DNA of 36,169 bases. Source: Macrostomum lignano (taxonomy: Eukaryota). The notes below the pieces were generated by a model. That model was not told where the DNA came from, did no database searches, and was given only the letters and a program-made list of their open reading frames with translations. Position 1 is the stretch's first letter, and every line of letters begins with the position of its first letter. A program made the position numbers and the translations under genes. Below are positions 10,228-27,530 of the stretch, one piece after another. The stretch lies in contig NIVC01002538.1 in assembly GCA_002269645.1 (NCBI GenBank), positions 1 through 36,169 of the forward strand, in the 5' to 3' direction.

Positions 10228-10274
10228 TTGAACTTTGCAACATTCTTGGCTGCTAGCGAAGCTAAGAAGCGACA

Positions 10275-11450
10275 ATGGCTGATGATGTGAGTGCTGTGTG
10301 GTGCGGGGGTCTGGGGGTCGCTGACGCGAATTTTTAATGGCCCTCGCGTGTTGCGTTCGCCAAGGTGACAATTGACACACTTGGCGTTAACATTCCGGCA
10401 TAGCATCACACGTTGCTAGCAAATTAATCATCGAGTAATGGAATCCACTTAGCATTTCCAAAAGAGACGAGCTGGAAATCCAATTATCTTTTAATCCATC
10501 CACCGTAATTATTTTGAATTTCATTGCAGGATGGCAAGAAGGAAGGCAAGCGCGCCCAGCGAGCGACTTCTAACGTTTTCGCCGCCTTTCCGCAGCAGCA
10601 GGTGCAGGAGTTCAAGGAGGTTAGTACGTTGTGGGATCATTGTTTGAGACTCAGAATCTTAGTATTATTATAGACTTGAAATTCATTATCTAATGATAGC
10701 TAGTCAGAGCCATTGAGCTTTTGAAATCGTAAAATTTCTGTTTGGAGATTGGTCAGTCCTTGTGACATCCGAACGCAGCTCAGTAAAGAACTCGACCACT
10801 TTTCAAACGCAGGCGTTCACCATGATCGACCAGAATCGCGACGGTTTCATTGATGTCGAGGACCTCAAGGACATGTACGCCTCCCTTGGTAAGTCATTGC
10901 TGAACACAGAAGCTCATTGTGTCAGAGGCTTTAATTGTGATGCTTCGGTAATTCTCGTTTCGTTCCCCGCACAGGTCGCCAGCCAACCGACAAGGAGCTG
11001 CAGGAGATGCTGAAGGAGTCTCCCGGCCCGTTGAACTTCACCATGTTTCTGCAGATCTTCGGCGAACGGCTGACCGGCTCCGATCCGGAGGACGCGTTGC
11101 GCAACGCCTTCAAAATGTTCGACGATGCCAACTCGGGCTTCCTGGACGAGGAATAGTGAGTTGCCCGCTCGCTGAAGTGCAGCTGCGATGATCATTAAGT
11201 CAGATGAAAGTTGCCAGACATCAAAGACTTCCAAGTAGAAATGTTGCAAAAGCTGCAAAAATTTGCTAAAACGTTCACCCTTTTATCGATTCTGTTATAT
11301 TCCAGTTTCCGTGACCTGATGAAGAACATGGGCGACAATTTCACCGACGACGAGATCCGGCAGACCTGGAAGGAGGCGCCAATCCAGGCCGGCAAGTTGG
11401 ATTATAACAAATTTGTCACGCTGATCAAACGCGGAAAGGAGGACGAATGA
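10275..11450 (+). CDS. MRLC: Myosin regulatory light chain (muscle type); join(10275..10286,10530..10619,10813..10888,10975..11155,11306..11450), 167 aa
   Basis: Spliced product [110 protein letters not shown]...[40 protein letters not shown]. It has the EF-hand DQNRDGFID, all four introns are GT..AG with matching phases (0,0,1,2), and the total is 504 nt. Confidence 0.96.
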
Positions 11451-12054
11451 GCGCAACAAGCGTTGGCCATTTTATTTTAGCGATTACGCAATCGCGCTTT
11501 ACTCTGGACGACAGACTTTTCATATAGCCTTATTACTTGCTTTCTAACTAATGTTTTCGGGAGTAAATCTTGGTGTACTGAATTTAAATTAGTAATTTTC
11601 TCTAACTTCAAAGCCCTCATATTTCTAGCTCGTAATTCAATTTTCTCTTCTCCGCTATAGACAGGCGCGCAGTCTTCTTTAACCCTTCCATGGTCGTTCT
11701 TCCGCTGCTGCTGCACTTTCGTTACTTGCTACTAACTGAGGATTGGCAGTAGAATATCGCGCATTCGATTTTCGCGCTAACCCCCCCAAGCCGATGCTGC
11801 TAATTACCCCAAGTAGTATCTTGCGTTTGTTTAAAAAACTGAGTGAAGGAATGGATTCTATTCAGTCTAAAATTTGGCCTACCTTTGAGCGGTCATTACT
11901 AAGAAAATATTTGGCAAGGTCCTGCAGCAATGAAATATGACAAATAAACTAACCCAGCTTGAAATAAAAGCGCATTCTATAGACTAGTTTGCATACGAGC
12001 TAAAAACATAAGCGAGTCTTCATTCAGTTTTTTTCTGAAATGAACAAAAACGGC

Positions 12055-12625
12055 GCGGCAACCCAATGAGACACTGGGAAGGGACACAGCGGCAACCCAA
12101 TGAGACATTAGAAAGGGACAAAGTGGCAACCCAATGAGACACTGGGAAGGGACACAGCGGCAACCCAATGAGACATTAGAAAGGGACAAAGTGGCAACCC
12201 AATGAGACACTGGGAAGGGACACAGCGGCAACCCAATAAAACATTAGAAAGGGACACAGTGGCAACCCAATGAGACACTGGGAAGGGACACAGCGGCAAC
12301 CCAATGAGACATTAGAAAGGGACAAAGTGGCAACCCAATGAGACACTGGAAAGGGACACACCGGCAACCCAATGAGACACCGGAAAGGGACACAGCGGCA
12401 ACGGCAACCCAAGGAGACACTGGGAAGGGACACAGCGGCAACGGCAACCCAAGGAGACACTGGGGCAACCCAATGAGACACCAGCTAGGAAGGGACACAG
12501 CGGAAACGGCAACCCAATGAGACACCAGGAAGGGACACAGCGGCAACCCAATGAGACACTAGGAAGGAACACAGTGGCAACCAATGAGACACTGGGAAGG
12601 GACACAGCGGCAACCCAATGAGACA
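12055..12625 (+). repeat. 34-bp minisatellite (GGCAACCCAATGAGACACTGGGAAGGGACACAGC, ~16-17 copies)
   Basis: Alternating CTGGG/CACAGC and TTAGA/CAAAGT variants on the left, more diverged on the right. Confidence 0.95.
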
Positions 12626-12754
12626 GACAAACAGAATTCACTAATCAAGAACAATGAAGGTTAAATAAGTGTGTTTAAACAATAATTAATATGATTTTAT
12701 AACGACAGCAGAGAGAAACATCTCATACAATCCCGTACGGTCACAGTTATGTTA

Positions 12755-12760
12755 TTTATT
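12755..12760 (-). terminator. Candidate distal polyadenylation signal of PGRMC
   Basis: AATAAA on the minus strand at the end of a long T-rich (minus-strand) UTR-like stretch; further candidates lie near 13450-13505 and an ATTAAA at 14149-14154. Confidence 0.4.
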
Positions 12761-13511
12761 AAATAAATTTGAAACAGTTCATTGCAACAGACTAAGCGCC
12801 AATTTACAACAGAAAAAAACAACACAAACAGTCCATAGCAAACCATCTCAATAAATTGCGAAACCTAAATTAAACAAATTTTTGACAAAAAGCATTGTTT
12901 TCCATTACAACGGAGACAATAAACTAATCAACTAAATTCCACGGGGAGGGGAGTTAAAAACAAAGAAACAGAAAATGCACCGAAATATTCTAAACTCATC
13001 AAGCTATTCATATTTATCTAACCGTTTTATCTACAGTAATCCATACACGCCAGGCTTAGCAATGAACCGAGTCCTAGTGCAAAAGGAACAGTTATCTAGG
13101 GCAGGAACACAAATAAAGATTATAGCTAAACCCTACTTTAAGTAGTCAAGTATCAATAAGTCAGATAATAATAACCCAGCAAGCGATTTATAAGCATAAA
13201 ATGGGAGCGCGCGAGCGAGAAAGCTACATTAGTAATATAAGCTTCATTACTAATTAGTTTTATAATATGGATGAAGCGAGGAGCAGCACAACAAAACATA
13301 TAATAACAATTCCATCGCGTTGAAATATGCACGGAATCATGTGTCTGGGTCCAGCAACAGAGTTACAACTCTACGAGCGCAAGTGTGCAGTCGTTTTTTG
13401 ACAAAAATATCTAAGCATGCAAATTCGCAATCCGATTTTACAAGTCTTTTTTATTTATTCTTTTAGACAGATTTTTTTGTATCTGTATTTGTTTGTATTT
13501 ATTTTTACACA

Positions 13512-13667
13512 GTCAGACAGACACTAAGACAGACAGACACTAAGACAGACAGATAGACAGCCAGACAGACAGACAGACAGACAGCCAGACAGGTAGACAG
13601 ACACAGACAGATAGAAAGACAGACAGACAGACAGACGGACAGACAAACAGCCAGACAGACAGACAAA

Positions 13668-13715
<48 letters not shown>

Positions 13716-13810
13716 TAGCCAGCCAGCCAGCCAGCCAGCCAGACAGACAGACAGACAGACAGACACACAGACACACAGACAGCCAGACAGACACAGACAG
13801 AGACACAATC
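13512..13810. repeat. Compound tetranucleotide microsatellite (GACA)n/(GCCA)n
   Basis: Read directly. Confidence 0.95.
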
Positions 13811-14387
13811 AGACAAGTATATTTAACCAGCAAAGGAAACTCAGAATTTGCCCAAGTCCTGCACACAAAAGCAAAGTTGAGTTAAGCCGCACAACAAAGC
13901 AGAAATCGGAGGAAAAACAGACAAAAGCAGGGTTATACAACTGCGACACAGAAATCCGAGCAGAAGCAAAATAAACTGGCCCGTGAGAAACAATCGCAAA
14001 ATACTCGTAAATTCGAATTTCTCCAGCACAGACAGGGGCGCAAGGCTCTGTATTGAAGAGCAAGTTAATTAGCATCATTGACGATGCGCAGTGAAAATCC
14101 ACACCGGCAATTAGTGCTGTAAACATATCGGGCAGATGAATAAAATAATTTAATCAGCAACAGAGCCATACAATACTTGTCAGCGGATGGGACAAAATAC
14201 ACATGCTGTAGTGCGATTGCTATCAGTAATTAATGGTGGTAATTCTAATACTTTTAAGATGACGCTGGAATATTAGGTGTCAACACTGTGAGGCCTGTTA
14301 TAAAAATTATCAGACAAAAGGTGGTTGAGTTTTTGTTTTGAGAAGTAATTTTTTTCACTAATATAGGCCAAGATGAGACAGAGGGGT

Positions 14388-14426
14388 AGGGAGAGGAAGG
14401 AAAGAAGAAAAACCGGAGAGGAGGGA

Positions 14427-14483
<57 letters not shown>

Positions 14484-15512
14484 TGAAGGAGGGGAGAGAG
14501 GAGTGAGAAATACGGGAGAGAGGAGGGAAGAGGAAGAGGAAGGAGGAGAGAGAGGAGAAAGGAGGGGAGAGAGGAGAAAGGAGGGGAGAGAGAGGAGAAA
14601 GGAGGGGAGAGAGAGGAGAAAGGAGGGGAGAGAGGAGAAAGGAGGGGAGAGAGAGGAGAAAGGAGGGGAGAGAGAGAGGAGAAAGGAGGGGAGAGAGGAG
14701 AAAGGAGGGGAGAGAGGAGAAAGGAGGGGAGAGAGGAGAAAGGAGGGGAGAGAGGAGAAAGGAGGGGAGAGAGAGGAGAAAGGAGGGGAGAGAGAGGAGA
14801 AAGGAGGGGAGAGAGGAGAAAGGAGGGGAGAGAGAGGAGAAAGGAGGGAGAGAGAGGAGAAAGGAGGGGAGAGAGGAGAAAGGAGGGGAGAGAGGAGAAA
14901 GGAGGGGAGAGAGGAGAAAGGAGGGAGAGAGGAGAAAGGAGGGAGAGAGGAGAAAGGAGGGGAGAGAGGAGAAAGGAGGGGAGAGAGGAGAAAGGAGGGA
15001 GAGAGAGGAGAAAGGAGGGGAGAGAGAGGAGAAAGGAGGGGAGAGAGGAGAAAGGAGGGGAGAGAGGAGAAAGGAGGGGAGAGAGGAGAAAGGAGGGGAG
15101 AGAGGAGAAAGGAGGGGAGAGAGGAGAAAGGAGGGGAGAGAGGAGAAAGGAGGGGAGAGAGAGGAGAAAGGAGGGGAGAGAGAGGAGAAAGGAGGGGAGA
15201 GAGGAGAAAGGAGGGGAGAGAGAGGAGAAAGGAGGGGAGAGAGAGGAGAAAGGAGGGGAGAGAGGAGAAAGGAGGGGAGAGAGGAGAAAGGAGGGGAGAG
15301 AGGAGAAAGGAGGGGAGAGAGGAGAAAGGAGGGGAGAGAGGAGAAAGGAGGGGAGAGAGAGAGGAGAAAGGAGGGGAGAGAGGAGAAAGGAGGGGAGAGA
15401 GAGGAGAAAGGAGGGGAGAGAGAGGAGAAAGGAGGGGAGGGAGGAGAAAGGAGGGGAGAGAGGAGAAGGGAGGGGAGAGGGTGGTGACGAGGAAAAGAGA
15501 GGAAAGAAAGAG
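14388..15512. repeat. Polypurine tract: (GA)n plus a 17-21-bp GGAGAAAGGAGGG(GA)n minisatellite
   Basis: Only A and G are seen from 14514 to 15481; explains the spurious 430-aa and 342-aa ORFs. Confidence 0.97.
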
Positions 15513-15781
15513 GAGGGAATACCAAAAATAAAGAATTGAAAATCAATTAGACACCGAGGAAGATAGAGTGCAGAAACGCGGATGCCATCTCAAAGCATGA
15601 GTTCACCCGGAGCATCTACAATATGCAGCAATATCGCAGCAAAATTAGCAAGCAAACCAAGACACCAAGCAAACCCAGCAATTAGGACAGGCAGCAGTGG
15701 AAGCGAGAATGGGGGTCAAAGGGTGTTGAATAGGCGATCAAATCCGGACACCGACAAGCTTCGAAGCTCCAGAGGCAGTCA

Positions 15782-20668
<4,887 letters not shown>

Positions 20669-22830
20669 CGATCAGCGTTTCACCGAAAGCTGCTTAGACT
20701 TGTGGAAGATGTACAGCTGCAAAATTTACTATTTTTTCTAATGAAATCTTTAGAGCGCTAAAAGCTTGACTTTACAAAAACACAACTGTTGTCGCCGACT
20801 CGCCGTTGACAATCGTTGATTGATTGATATTTTGCATGTATATATATTGTATACAACAAGCTTTCTAGGAACTAAACTTCAATATTGATTTGAATGACAT
20901 GATACAATTTTAACAGAGCTTAACAAAATACTCTATAATAAACTAGTTTAAGTGGGTTTAATTACGTTATCTAACATGCAAGGATCTATAAATTGTAATT
21001 GATTTTTACTTTAAAGAATAATTTCTTAGTATAGCTGATTTAAACTACGTTTATTTTACTATAGGTCGTGTGCACGTGTGCATTCTTGAATTGTATTGCA
21101 CATTCTTCACAGTTCCAATGTAGGCGATAGCGAGTGGCGTAGCCGATGGGCGGGCACACTGAGAAACAAATTCGATCTTATTTTTGCATGTTTTTCTTTT
21201 TTCTCTTGGTAGATTTAATTTATCAATGGAAAGTGGCCGTGCAATTAGGTGCCTGGCGTAGAAATTTTTGAAATGGTTACAAGAAGAATTTATGCTCATA
21301 TCAAGAACCACAAGCTAAACGGTAACTTCTATTAGTCCTTACTTATACATCGATTATCAAAGTCCAACCAAAGCTATACGCGATGATGTACATGATGTAC
21401 GAGTAATACTGGGATAAACTTGTACCTGCGTTCAGTGCATTTGGTTCGTGCATAAAATCGACTATCAAAAGTCAAAACCGGTCTCAACCGTTTTTGCTCA
21501 TAGCCCTGGGCTATCGCAACATAGCCAAATCAAGGAAAGTCCTGTCTTTTTCATCCAAGCCGCGCACTTATGGAGACAGGATGGAGATCGGGACGTGACT
21601 TGAATTCTCTTGATGAAGAACTGGGAGAAAAAACACCTGACATTTCGAGAAATAAACAAAACTCAGGAGGTAGGAACTCTTCCTATTCAGAATAACCAAC
21701 AACAACGTCATAGTCTACTACGTAGAAAAGTAGTAATTTGCGATTTCTTACTAATAAATGAATGCTCTGTTGGAATGAAGGCTAGCTAATTGCAGTGGCT
21801 ATATTTAAAAGTTCATTTCAAGATTTCAACATCGATCTCAACATCAAAGTAGACAAAGTATATAGCTAAATTCAGTTAAAAATGAATTGACAAAGTTTTG
21901 TTGACACATAGCGTGACATAACTAGCAGCTGCAGTGTTGCAGAATGTTAGAAAAATGGAAAATTCCTAAAAAATCTTTTCGGGGGATCATTGTGCAGAAA
22001 AGATTTTTATAACTGAGTCATATCACGATCCATTGTAGCTCGTTCTCAGGCTCATTCTCTTTACCTAATCCCAACGAAATTGTCCAGAATCAGGAGCACT
22101 AGCTGCGCTAGAACAAATTTTGATAAACTATTTCAGTTTTTGCCCAGTCAGCAAATCATACTGATCTACACTTTTCGTCTCCATTGCTTTTTAGCGGTGC
22201 ATGAAGATAGCGAGCCCAGCTGAGTCATCGTCGATACAGTCAGACGGTGACGAGTTCAGGGGAAGTTTTTGGCTTTGGGGGGGATTCCATTCCGTAACCC
22301 GACTGCATGGCGGCCCACAGTTCCCCCGGAGGGTGAAAGAAAAAAGTTCCCAGATCCCAGCCATTACCGCGGTATAGTCATAAATCACGCAGGGAGAGGG
22401 GATGGGATGAAGAGTTCGGTTTAAAAAAGTCACTAATGAATAATCGTTGCGAACCCCTGATTGGCATTGTAATCAGTTTAAATCAAAGCCTTGCACTGTA
22501 AAAAAAAAGTAATTTATAGTCAGTCGCCAACAACTCAACCAACAATCAACAACGCATTTATCCAAATCTGACATATGCCCATGCAGAGTCCTGCCCTGCT
22601 CGAATGATGAACAGCTTCTGGTTGTTTTTAGAGGTCTTTTTACCTCTCTAAACTAGATTGACATCGGGGTAAAGATTTGGCAGCAATGCTTCAGACGGTG
22701 GCGAAATCAAAGGGGGAGATCACGGGAGCGTCATGACCCTACTAAAGAGAGCCGATATTTAAATCTCGATCGATTAATAATATTCAAAAAGCATCAAATG
22801 AGTAATGACAACATAATTTTGTCAACAGAC

Positions 22831-23333
22831 CTAAAGTGGCGCTTAAATCTCACCTGCGGAGCTTGTAAATTGGCGCCTAAATCTCACCTGCGGAGCTAAA
22901 ATGGCGCTTAAATCTCACCTGCAGAGCTCATAAATTGGCGCTTAAATCTCACCCTGCTGAGCTAAATTGACGCTTAAATCTCACCTGCAGAGCTAAATTG
23001 GCGCTTAAATCTCACCTGCAGAGCTAAATTGGCGCTTAAATCTCACCTGCAGAGCTAAATTGGCGCTTAAATCTCACCTGCAGAGCTGAATTGGCGCTTA
23101 AATCTCACCTGCAGAGCTAAATTGGCGCTTAAATCTCACCTGCAGAGCTAAATTGGCGCTTAAATCTCACCTGCAGAGCTGAATTGGCGTTTAAATCTCA
23201 CCTGCGGAGCTCGTAGATTCGCGCTTAAATCTCACCTGCGGAGCTCGTAGATTCGCGCTTAAATCTCACCTACCTACGGAGCTCGTAAATTGGCGCTTAA
23301 ATCTCACCCTGCTGAGCTGAATTGACGCTTAAA
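22831..23333 (+). repeat. 31-bp minisatellite (TAAATTGGCGCTTAAATCTCACCTGCAGAGC, ~16 copies)
   Basis: Direct periodicity; a partial solo unit TCTCACCTGCGGAGCT lies at ~23465. Confidence 0.96.
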
Positions 23334-24023
23334 TATTTTCTCAGTGACTTAATTATGCTACAGTGACTTTGACTATAGTCTATGGCTTGCTGTGGCTCTG
23401 TATGGCCCCAGAGTGATAGATACGAGCATACCTAACTAGATTAGATATCTATTAGATATTAATATCTCACCTGCGGAGCTCTTTCTTCTGCAGGAGCACC
23501 TGCGGAGAATATCTTTCGATAGAATTCTATGGAAAGGCTCGGGACCCCAAAATTAATGCCTAATCTTAACATGTCTAATCGAATTTAGTTTCCTGGTGCA
23601 TTTTCAGCTAAAATTATCATTTATGACAGTAAGTATATATTACTTTCTGGCTAAACAGGAACTTTCCTTTGTTATTTATGCTTTTATAACTCCGTAAGCT
23701 CCCACGCCATACTAGCGCAATTCTAACCACTTCCGTGCAACCTATTGATATATTCGTGTTAGGCCTTCAGTTTTAAGATAAAGCCGGTTAAGCTTTCAGG
23801 TCTCGGCTGGAAGCCGTGCATGGGAGTTGAAAAAATATGGCAAATTCGTTTTAACAAAAACCGCACACGTGTGAATGAACCAAGTAATTACTGCGTGCGT
23901 CTCAGTGATGGTGGCAGGCAAAATAAACATATGAATAATAAAATTTTATTGCCTCTAACTTGCCGCCTGCCTCTGAGGGTTGTTGCATATTTTTTCTGCA
24001 AAATGTAACTTTTTGTGAAATCA

Positions 24024-24832
24024 CTAGATTAGCAATCCATTACATATTTAATTCATGAGCTAGATTAGCAATCCATTACACACTTTATGCATGAGCTAGA
24101 TTAGCAATCCATTACATACTTTATGCATGAGCTAGATTAGCAATCCATTACACACTTTATTCATGAGCTAGATTAGCAATCCATTACACACTTTATTCAT
24201 GAGCTAGATTAGCAATCCATTACACACTTTATGCATGAGCTAGATTAGCAATCCATTACATACTTTATGCATGAGCTAGATTAGCAATCCATTACATACT
24301 TTATGCATGAGCTAGATTAGCAATCCATTACATACTTTATTCATGAGCTAGATTAGCAATCCATTACACACTTTATTCATGAGCTAGATTAGCAATCCAT
24401 TACATACTTTATGCATGAGCTAGATTAGCAATCCATTACATACTTTATGCATGAGCTAGATTAGCAATCCATTACATACTTTATGCATGAGCTAGATTAG
24501 CAATCCATTACATACTTTATGCATGAGCTAGATTAGCAATCCATTACATACTTTATGCATGAGCTAGATTAGCAATCCATTACATACTTTATTCATGAGC
24601 TAGATTAGCAATCCATTACATACTTTATGCATGAGCTAGATTAGCAATCCATTACATACTTTATTCATGAGCTAGATTAGCAATCCATTACATACTTTAT
24701 TCATGAGCTAGATTAGCAATCCATTACATACTTTATGCATGAGCTAGATTAGCAATCCATTACATACTTTATTCATGAGCTAGATTAGCAATCCATTACA
24801 TATTTTATTCATGAGCTAGATTAGCAATCCAT
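24024..24832 (+). repeat. 36-bp minisatellite (CTAGATTAGCAATCCATTACATACTTTATGCATGAG, ~22 copies)
   Basis: Highly homogeneous 36-nt periodicity with only two or three variable positions. Confidence 0.97.
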
Positions 24833-26511
24833 TGTTGCATACTCCACAACAGCTTGTGCCAGTGAGTAATGAGAGATTACTGACACATATTTAGCTTTAA
24901 ATTTCCGAAAAGCAGATACTGTCAAATATTGAGAAACCACACGGAAATGGCTGTACAGCACAAGAGCGGCAGTCAGTTTCTGGCATACCCAGCAAGCGCA
25001 GGTGAAATTCACAATAAAAGCTGACGGTTTGATGCGGGCCGTCTGTCCGCTCAAAACAGCTCGTAATTGAGTTGCTAGCTGCGCTGAGTTATCTGGCTCA
25101 CTAAACCCGTATGTAGGCGGTTCTCCAGGAACAAAATTCCGAAAAATCGAGGGAAGTCCTCCCCCCCCCCTGTGATGACGCAACCCACCAACCAGCCCCA
25201 GCTGAAATATAAATATTGCAGTATTTTAATGCAGGTCAGAGCTAACCGCATTTAATAAATGGTACACAACAGTTGAGGCTTGTAAAAGCCTAACGCAGAA
25301 GACATTATTATAAATGCAACATAATGTTTAACTATGGAATGGTGATCGTAAATAATAATTATCTCCTGTAATAAACTTGTGTCAGAAAATTTATATTCGG
25401 AGCCTTATATGCTATAATGTATAAGAGCTATAAGCATATTGGGGATAATTTCGGGACCAGGGATTCGATACAACCCGCCGACTTCAAACGTATTTTTTAT
25501 ATACAACAACTATAGGACTCGACAGAAGTCAACTTAGACTGCCGAGGTCGACAGACGGACCCCGGCTCCATAAAAAACTTTACAGAAGGGTCGTGAGCAA
25601 CCCTCTGTCGATGCAGAGCTGAATAAAATAAAATTGAAAAAACCAACTCTCGTCGGAATGGCGCCATTCGTTATCCGTGTTCAGGACAGGGATTTATGTT
25701 GAAATTTAGGAACTTATAGGAAAAAAACAACAATAGCTACACTTTAACTCATCGAGGAAGCTCTCCGACTCTGGCTCTGGGATGCTTTTTGAGAGTTGGG
25801 AAAGGCAGTCGTGGAAGTGGGAGGAAGCCCTGCTTTTTGGCTGCACACACAAGGATGCAGGTCTACAATTGCCACTTTGCCCTAAGACCTCCGAAGACCT
25901 CCAAGTCCAAACTCTACAGGGCGTGACTGCATGCAGTTCCATATCAACCGTCGAGAGAGGGAGAGAGAGTGGGGCATAGGGCATAGGGCGGCACAGATGG
26001 CCCAGTTCTCGACTTCTCGGCTATACATGCATGTGTTAAGACATTTTGGGAGAATTTGGGACTGGGGCGGCCGTGTCCGGGAATAGGGTCTCCAGAGCAC
26101 TGCTGCTGCAACTGCGCCGTGAAGCCAGCAGCTATGAGGCACCGACTGCACGTTCGCTGGGATCCTCCCCTAGCTGCATACGAAAATATTCTGCTTTTAT
26201 AACAATTTGATTTAGTCTTCGCCGAAGCTTAAATCTAAAAAAACAGTTAGCTGAAAAAGCAGTTTTTAACCGAACTTCTCATCTAATTTGTCTACGAGCG
26301 TATATTGAAAATCTCTATGAAAGATAGACGGCTTCTTGCCTTTCATTAATTATATTTCAATACAAATTCGCCTTGGGGTTTTCTCCGTATACTGCATGTG
26401 AACAACAATTCAGTTGAGCGTTAAGAGTTTTTAAAGCAATAAAAAATATAAAAATTTAGGACAGTTTTCTAGAACAGTTAATTTGTAGAACATTTGCTTT
26501 TTGAACGAGCC

Positions 26512-27530
26512 ATCGAGGGGAGTTGGGGACGCCATCGAGGGGAGTTAGGGATGCCATCGAGGGGTGTGGGGACGCCATCGAGGGGAGTTGGGGACGCCAT
26601 TGAGGGGTGTGGGGGCGCCATCGAGGGGAGTTGGGGACGCCATTGGTAGCGTCTATGGCGTTATATATGGCGTTGTATATATATATATATATATTGTATA
26701 TTGTATATATATATGTTATATATGGCGTTATATATGGCGTTGGGGACGCCATCGTGTGGGGCGCCATCGAGGGGAGTTGGGGACGCCATTGAGGGGTGTG
26801 GGGGCGCCATCGAGGGGAGTTGGGGACGCCATTGAGGGGTGTGGGGGCGCCATCGAGGGGAGTTGGGGACGCCATTGAGGGGTGTGGGGGCGCCATCGAG
26901 GGGAGTTGGGGACGCCATTGAGGGGTGTGGGGACGCCATCGAGGGGAGTTGGGGACGCCATTGAGGGGTGTGGGGGCGCCATCGAGGGGAGTTGGGGACG
27001 CCATTGGTAGCGTCTATGGCGTTATATATGGCGTTGTATATATATATATATATTGTATATTGTATATATATATGTTATATATGGCGTTATATATGGCGTT
27101 GGGGACGCCATCGTGTGGGGCGCCATCGAGGGGAGTTGGGGACGCCATTGAGGGGTGTGGGGGCGCCATCGAGGGGAGTTGGGGACGCCATTGAGGGGTG
27201 TGGGGGCGCCATCGAGGGGAGTTGGGGACGCCATTGAGGGGTGTGGGGGCGCCATCGAGGGGAGTTGGGGACGCCATTGAGGGGTGTGGGGGCGCCATCG
27301 AGGGGAGTTGGGGACGCCATTGAGGGGTGTGGGGGCGCCATTGAGGGTTGTGGGGACGCCATCGAGGGGAGTTGGGGACGCCATCCAGGGGAGTTGGGGA
27401 CGCCATCGAGGGGAGTTGGGGACGCCATCGAGGGGTGTGGGGACGCTATTGAGGGGTGTGGGGACGCCAGGGGTGGGGACGCCATCGATTGGGGTGGGGG
27501 CGCCATCGAGGGGTGTGGGGGTGCCATCAA
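26512..27530 (+). repeat. G-rich 21/22-bp minisatellite (GGGACGCCATTGAGGGGTGTG / GGGGCGCCATCGAGGGGAGTTG) with two embedded AT-rich blocks
   Basis: Alternating units give a 43-bp dimer; the AT blocks at ~26645-26740 and ~27005-27100 are copies 361 bp apart. Confidence 0.95.

Noticed and set aside
10531-10533. ATG right after the RLC exon 2 acceptor as start codon
   Set aside because: It is out of frame with [11 protein letters not shown]; the in-frame start is ATG GCT GAT GAT|GTGAGT at 10275.
14254-15546. 430-aa and 342-aa ORFs
   Set aside because: They are translations of the purine-only minisatellite (no stops possible on the purine strand).
21570-22104. Possible two-exon plus-strand micro-ORF (METGWRSG...|GSFSLPNPNEIVQNQEH*) divergent from PGRMC
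   Set aside because: Only ~50 aa with no recognisable features; splice-like sites of this quality arise by chance.
22340-22410. PCVIYDYTAVMAGI resembling the piggyBac YNxxMGGVD motif
   Set aside because: The catalytic Asp is missing and no other transposase motifs or TTAA-flanked TIRs are seen.
22831-24832. 31- and 36-bp repeats have CRISPR-like unit lengths
   Set aside because: Units are head-to-tail with no unique spacers, no cas genes are present, and the DNA is eukaryotic.
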